Positions 59,338-64,000 of a stretch of DNA of 64,000 nucleotides are shown here, piece after piece. Position 1 is the stretch's first letter. Each line of letters begins with the position of its first letter. This DNA is from a virus (taxonomy: Duplodnaviria > Heunggongvirae > Uroviricota > Caudoviricetes). A program made the position numbers and the translations under genes. The notes beneath the pieces were generated by a model. That model ran no database searches and was not told the DNA's origin. It saw only the letters and a program-made list of their open reading frames with translations. The stretch lies in the IMG/VR virus record IMGVR_UViG_2541047860_000002; one strand, written 5' to 3'.

Positions 59338-59850
59338 TCAGCCAAGCCCGAGCGCGGAACGGATGCGATCGGGCACAATGTCCTTGCCGTCCTTCCGGTA
59401 AATGAAGTTCAGCAGGTCAATCTCCCACAACGGGCGATCGTTAACACTCAGCTTGTAGTAGGTGTTTTTAATGGCGTAAGTGTGTGATGTGGCTTCGCCC
59501 TGTTTGGCTTCCCCCATATCAATTTCCGTCACACGTCCGCGCATTTCGACTTCATACAGGTCGCTTTCTGCATCGGTGTAGTATTCACCCGCAAAACGCA
59601 GCAGCGTGCCGTCAATCGTGCCGCCATACTTAAGGAACAGCTCACGAACTGCGCCCCCCATGACAAAGCTCGCATCAAGCGCGGAGTCGTCCAGACCGAG
59701 ATCAATACTTACCGCACCCATCATGCCACCACCCCGGTAGCTGTCGGTTTTGCGCGTCAGCTTAGGCAGAGTGACGGACGTCACCTTACCCACTTCGTTT
59801 TCACCATCCACAAACAGCGTAAAAAAGCGAAGATGTTTTGGTACAGCCAT
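59338..59850 (-). CDS. tail tube protein (P2 FII-like)
   Basis: 170 aa directly downstream of and coupled to the sheath gene. Confidence 0.8.
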   Translation of the reverse strand: MAVPKHLRFFTLFVDGENEVGKVTSVTLPKLTRKTDSYRGGGMMGAVSIDLGLDDSALDASFVMGGAVRELFLKYGGTIDGTLLRFAGEYYTDAESDLYEVEMRGRVTEIDMGEAKQGEATSHTYAIKNTYYKLSVNDRPLWEIDLLNFIYRKDGKDIVPDRIRSALGLG

Positions 59851-61034
59851 CAGGCACCTCCCAGCACCGCAAATGCGGGACCAAAGAATTCATCAGTAAA
59901 CGACTGGTAAAGCTCCATGTCTTCCAGCGGGGGAACAGGCGTATATTTGTAGCGAATACGCACGCGCCCCTGACGTAAATTCGTGGTGCCGTTATCCACC
60001 ACGTCATACCAGCACGACGCCCCAATCAGTTTCCCGGCAGTAACCAGTGAATCCAGTTTTGCCCTGATGGCACTGATAACATCTTTCACGTTCGCAGGCG
60101 TCAGTGGACTGTCGATGGTTTCAAACTGCGCTTCCGCAATTGAATCAGCCAGCACCTGTGCGGTTCGGGTATACACCTCAAAGATGTAGGCGTTCGTTTC
60201 CGGTGTGCGGTTGCCCCAGAAGCGGAACCCATTGCGACGAATAATGGTCGTGATTTCTTTGTTGTTGAGGCTGTTGGCATCGCTGTCTTCGGCCTGCAAC
60301 GACCAGAACACATGCCTCGACATCCCCAGCACATTTTTAACCGGAACGTTGGACAGTGATTTGTGCCAGCCCTGCTCATGGTCAATGTACGCACGAAGGC
60401 CGCACGCATAGGCAGGCGCGGGGAACGTTTCGTTTTTGCCACTTTTCGGGTTGTAGGCAATGAAGTCCGGCCATAAGAGCATCACCTCACGTTCGTTGAA
60501 TTTCTGGCGGTAGGTAATCGCCTCAGCCATCGTGTTACAGCCGTAACATGAGGCATACACAAACGCGCGCAGTTTACCTGCAATCACGCACAGGGATTTT
60601 GTTACAGCCTCCGTGTCCAGCTCCGGCGCGGCCAGAATACGCGGACGGTATCCGATGCTTTCATCCTGCTCTGCAACAAGCAGCGCATACATCCCCGTAT
60701 AGCTGCCGTCAGATTCAGAGCCACCGATAACCAGTTGATCCTGCGTCTTTCCGTCTTCTTCTTTGTGTTCAGCCACGCGAACGACGATCACCTTTGTGCT
60801 CACCTGGTCTGCGATGGCCTTAAGCGCACGATAAAGCGTCCCCGTTGTCCCGCATTTTCCCAGCACGTCATTGACGCGGGTCAGCAGTGTGGGCTTGTTC
60901 AGCGGGAACAGCTCTGCGTCCGCATCATCCGCCGTTGCCACGATACCGATAACACTGGAGTCAACATCATTAATCGCTGTTACCAGGTCGGTACTTTCCG
61001 TGACACGGGCACCATGAAAACGAGTTTCACTCAT
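59850..61034 (-). CDS. tail sheath protein (P2 FI-like)
   Basis: 394 aa, contractile-sheath size; first gene of the FI-FII-E-T-U block. Confidence 0.85.
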   Translation of the reverse strand: MSETRFHGARVTESTDLVTAINDVDSSVIGIVATADDADAELFPLNKPTLLTRVNDVLGKCGTTGTLYRALKAIADQVSTKVIVVRVAEHKEEDGKTQDQLVIGGSESDGSYTGMYALLVAEQDESIGYRPRILAAPELDTEAVTKSLCVIAGKLRAFVYASCYGCNTMAEAITYRQKFNEREVMLLWPDFIAYNPKSGKNETFPAPAYACGLRAYIDHEQGWHKSLSNVPVKNVLGMSRHVFWSLQAEDSDANSLNNKEITTIIRRNGFRFWGNRTPETNAYIFEVYTRTAQVLADSIAEAQFETIDSPLTPANVKDVISAIRAKLDSLVTAGKLIGASCWYDVVDNGTTNLRQGRVRIRYKYTPVPPLEDMELYQSFTDEFFGPAFAVLGGA

Positions 61035-61191
61035 AGCTTCAGCCCCTTGTATCCGTTAAATGATTCGGCAACAATCATCACCCACCACGCGCGTAATCTC
61101 ACCCCTGCGCCGTTCTCCCGCCACGGCGACAACAAAAAGCAGTAACCCCCTCCGCACGCACATGCGACCATGCCGCACAGGGAGGGAACAG

Positions 61192-62301
61192 ATGACCGAC
61201 ACCACCATGCAATTGCTCAGTCAGGGCACAGACCCCGTGAAAATGCCGGATTTTGATATTCTCGCGGAGGGTAAAACGTTGTCAGGCGTGGCAGAGCGCC
61301 TGATGAGCCTGTCACTGACCGACAACCGGGGATTTGAAGCGGACCAGCTCACCATCACGCTGGATGATGCGGATGGTCAGTTGCAGCTACCGCCACGGGG
61401 CGCGCGCCTGACGGTTCTCATTGGCTGGAAAGGAGAACCGCTGACAGAAAAAGGCACTTACATTGTTGATGAAATCGCTCACGAAGGACCGCCGGACAGG
61501 CTGACTGTTTCAGCCAGAAGCGCAGATTTTCGGGATGAATTTAACGTTAAACGTGAGGTGTCCTGGCATGATGTGACCGTTGAGCGTGTGGTATCCGCCA
61601 TCGCTCATCGGTATGGTCTGAAACCGCAAATCAGCGAAATGCTGATGGATATCGAAATCGACCACGCCGACCAGACCGAAGAAAGCGACATGTCCTTCCT
61701 TACGCGCATGGCGGAAATGCTGGGCGCAATCACCACGGTAAAAAGCGGTAATCTGTTATTCATCATGCCCGGCGGTGGCGTGAACGCGCAGGGCCAGCCG
61801 TTGCCATCGTTTGCCATCACACGCAGCAGCGGCGATCGCCATCAGTTCCGCATTGCTGACCGCGAGGCGTATACGGGTGTACGCGCCTACTGGCTTGATC
61901 TTAATTACGGGAAAAAGAAAAAAGTCAGCGTGAAACGCCGCAAACCGCCAAAACCCAAAAAGGAGAAAAGCAGCAGCCGCGAAGGTGACTATATGGAAGG
62001 TGCGGAAGGCAACGTATTTGTGTTACGCAAGACTTATCAGAACGAGCAGGCAGCAAGACGCGCAGCGGCGGCAAAATGGCAGCAGCTACAACGCGGAGCC
62101 GCATCATTTTCCATCACGCTGGCACGTGGACGCGCAGAACTCTACCCCGAAATGCATGGCACGGTAACAGGATTTAAAAGCGAGATTGATAATCAGGACT
62201 GGATTATTGCAAAAGCCGAGCACACCATTGATAACAGCGGCTTTACCACGCAGCTTGAGCTTGAGGCAAAAATCCCGGAATGGATAGCGGAAACAAAGTG
62301 A
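61192..62301 (+). CDS. P2 gpD-like tail protein
   Basis: Start at the internal ATG of track ORF 61060-62301; contains LTDNRGFEADQL characteristic of gpD; followed by ogr. Confidence 0.75.
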   Translation: MTDTTMQLLSQGTDPVKMPDFDILAEGKTLSGVAERLMSLSLTDNRGFEADQLTITLDDADGQLQLPPRGARLTVLIGWKGEPLTEKGTYIVDEIAHEGPPDRLTVSARSADFRDEFNVKREVSWHDVTVERVVSAIAHRYGLKPQISEMLMDIEIDHADQTEESDMSFLTRMAEMLGAITTVKSGNLLFIMPGGGVNAQGQPLPSFAITRSSGDRHQFRIADREAYTGVRAYWLDLNYGKKKKVSVKRRKPPKPKKEKSSSREGDYMEGAEGNVFVLRKTYQNEQAARRAAAAKWQQLQRGAASFSITLARGRAELYPEMHGTVTGFKSEIDNQDWIIAKAEHTIDNSGFTTQLELEAKIPEWIAETK

Positions 62302-62343
62302 GCAACTTAGAATAGCGGCAGCACCACGTTAAGGGAGGTCGCT

Positions 62344-62604
62344 ATGTTCCGTTGTCCGCTTTGTGGCGCATCTGCCCGTATCCGCACCAGTCGTCCGGAA
62401 AATGATTCAAACACCGTGCGGCAAAAGTATTACCAGTGTAACAACCTGGAATGCGGCGTATGCTTCTCAACACTGGAAGCTTTCCATAAATTCACATCGA
62501 AACACGCCTCCGGCGTTCACTCATCAGAAGGTATCCCGTGGCATGAGCTGCCAGCTTCACACAGGGGAAACAATCAGATGAGTTTGCCTTTACCTCAGAA
62601 TTAA
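62344..62604 (+). CDS. ogr: Ogr/Delta-family zinc-finger late transcription activator
   Basis: N-terminal MFRCPLCG ... YYQCNNLECG four-Cys pattern as in P2 Ogr. Confidence 0.75.
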   Translation: MFRCPLCGASARIRTSRPENDSNTVRQKYYQCNNLECGVCFSTLEAFHKFTSKHASGVHSSEGIPWHELPASHRGNNQMSLPLPQN

Positions 62605-62793
62605 CAGGCAGAATTGCCGGAGTAACAAAAAAGCGATAGATTACGTGCGGGTGCCTTTCGGCTGATGGTCGGAGGGAATACCCGAAGGCCAGATGTGGAA
62701 AGGCCCCGGAAAACATTTCTGTTTAACCGAGGCCCTAACCCGTCAACCTAGCAAGTGATAGGTTAGCGCCTCTCCAACAAAGGAGCAAGCGCT

Positions 62794-62934
62794 ATGTCGC
62801 AAAAATCGCTTACGGCCATCACGTTCTGCGTGACGGTAATCCTCATCATCTGGATGCTGCACGGTTCGCTGTGTGAAATACGGATGAGCTTCTGGGGAGC
62901 GGAGTTTGCGGCGTTCTTACAGTGTAAGCAGTAA
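62794..62934 (+). CDS. Hok/Gef-family type I toxin-like peptide
   Basis: 46-aa ORF below the track cutoff with one membrane helix and the LCEIR hallmark; upstream leader carries a small overlapping ORF. Confidence 0.6.
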   Translation: MSQKSLTAITFCVTVILIIWMLHGSLCEIRMSFWGAEFAAFLQCKQ

Positions 62935-63123
62935 GGAAACCGCGACGGGGAGGCAACTCCCCGTCAATCGGTTGCTAGGGTAAGGCCGATAAGGCACCCT
63001 ATCTCATAGGCATGAATAACAACCCCGCAGCGTAAAAACTGCGGGGTTTCTTTTTGGAACTCTCACTAGCTAGTGAGCCGTTAACTGCACATAATGCTCG
63101 CACAACAAATCAGTTAAAAGAGA

Positions 63124-63519
63124 TTACTCAGCATTCTCCTGCTTCCATTGCCGGATCATTTCATCGGTAACATCACTTTCATAACATACCACGTCATACC
63201 CGCCAGTACGGCTATATGCACTGCGTCCACCACATCTACTACCATTCCTTGCATGATTATACGGACACGCACAATTGCCTGGATAAGATTCAATGGATTC
63301 TTTAATTATTTCTTTCTTGATCTGAGCATCTGACTTTCCTGTTGCTGCATACCCACTAAAAGATACCAAACAAAGGCAGATTGCCATTAATAAACCACAT
63401 CGCATACCGATACACTCTATTACTAACCAATCATAGCCCACATCATAAAATCGAGATGAGGAGTACAACACCTTTAACAAGAAGGTGCCATCACGATAAT
63501 ATGCCGTGCAATTCATCAA
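63124..63519 (-). CDS. small secreted Cys-rich protein
   Basis: Likely start at an internal Met giving a signal peptide and a ~70-aa mature part with 6 Cys. Confidence 0.4.
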   Translation of the reverse strand: MMNCTAYYRDGTFLLKVLYSSSRFYDVGYDWLVIECIGMRCGLLMAICLCLVSFSGYAATGKSDAQIKKEIIKESIESYPGNCACPYNHARNGSRCGGRSAYSRTGGYDVVCYESDVTDEMIRQWKQENAE

Positions 63520-63945
63520 AAAAAAGATCTATATCAAAGAGATAGAGTTATTATCAGTGCTGCAGACATCAGCATTCGAGGCAGCAGAAAGACAGTAAAT
63601 CTAACGAATTTGTCTTTTTCTCAGGATGTTGTCAGATTAAAAAAGATAGAGTAGCGCAGACACCTTTTGGTGGATGGTAGGAGGAAAAATGAAGTTGAGT
63701 GGGAAGATCCCAGAAAAAACTTTGGTTTAACCAAGGCCCTAGTTCAATATGCGAAATGCAGATGAGTTGCAAGAGAGTTTTGCTTCACCCTTAGAGTTTA
63801 AACAGACGTGTACTATTATTATTTCTGCATATCGCCACACCATCGCCACTTTACCGCCATTTAACAAAATACAAATACAAAAAAACCACCCGAAGGTGGT
63901 TTCACGACACTGCTTATTGCTTTGATTTTATTCTTATCTTTCCCA

Positions 63946-64000
63946 TGGTACCCGGAGCGGGACTTGAACCCGCACAGCGCGAACGCCGAGGGATTTTAAA
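63946..64000 (-). tRNA. tRNA-Leu (anticodon TAA), 3' portion only
   Basis: CCA end, acceptor, T-arm and anticodon region readable on the minus strand; truncated by the window end. Confidence 0.7.

Noticed and set aside
61035-61191. Possible Ogr-dependent late promoter upstream of gene D (GCCGT-N9-ACGGC dyad)
   Set aside because: The dyad does not match the TGT-N12-ACA element I recall for P2 late promoters; too uncertain to annotate.
1-64000. Retron, reverse transcriptase, Cas, or integrase/attachment-site signatures
   Set aside because: No ORF carries RT, Cas or tyrosine-integrase motifs other than the Cre-family recombinase, and no IS-type transposase with terminal inverted repeats was seen.

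Overview
This 64 kb window reads as a mosaic temperate-phage region, most likely a P1/D6-like phage-plasmid, with a P2-like tail module and a short non-phage stretch at the right edge. All calls are from reading the sequence and recalled family signatures; no database search or computation was run, and hand-derived site coordinates may be off by 1-2 bp. Layout: (1) 0.6-2.3 kb AT-rich cargo ORFs. (2) 2.4-13 kb early/accessory genes: Rha-like antirepressor, Ref-like HNH protein, Ser/Thr phosphatase, Ea22-like ORFs. (3) 13.5-15.2 kb LexA-boxed UmuD-prime homologue (humD-like) followed by phd-doc. (4) 15.4-18.2 kb minus-strand operon of unknowns plus a dUTPase. (5) 18.3-19.5 kb Cre-family recombinase whose adjacent 14-4-14 site matches the Dre rox site as I recall it. 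(6) 19.7-24 kb candidate repressor and pacB/pacA terminase genes. (7) 25.5-27.8 kb five phage-encoded tRNAs with repeated hairpin motifs. (8) 32.3-39.1 kb 2278-aa DarB-like methyltransferase-helicase. (9) 42.5-50.4 kb virion/morphogenesis and holin-like genes. (10) 50.5-55.4 kb tail-fibre shufflon flanked by two serine-invertase genes. (11) 55.4-62.6 kb P2-like tail genes with an E/E-prime -1 frameshift, then D and ogr. (12) 62.8 kb hok-like toxin and a partial tRNA-Leu at the edge. Most worth a second look: a 9-17 bp motif TGTTAGAAA(A)CTAATTT at 13 sites, probably the operator/promoter network of the immunity or late-gene regulator; four copies of a DUF2829 (Tad2-like) W-rich domain, one fused to the antirepressor and one split from it; the unknown operon at 15.4-18.2 kb; the shufflon with no constant tail-fibre gene and mismatched crossover cores; a VRR-NUC gene broken at a C6 tract; and the structured ORF-free region around the tRNA cluster. 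No reverse transcriptase, CRISPR array, IS element or integrase was seen.
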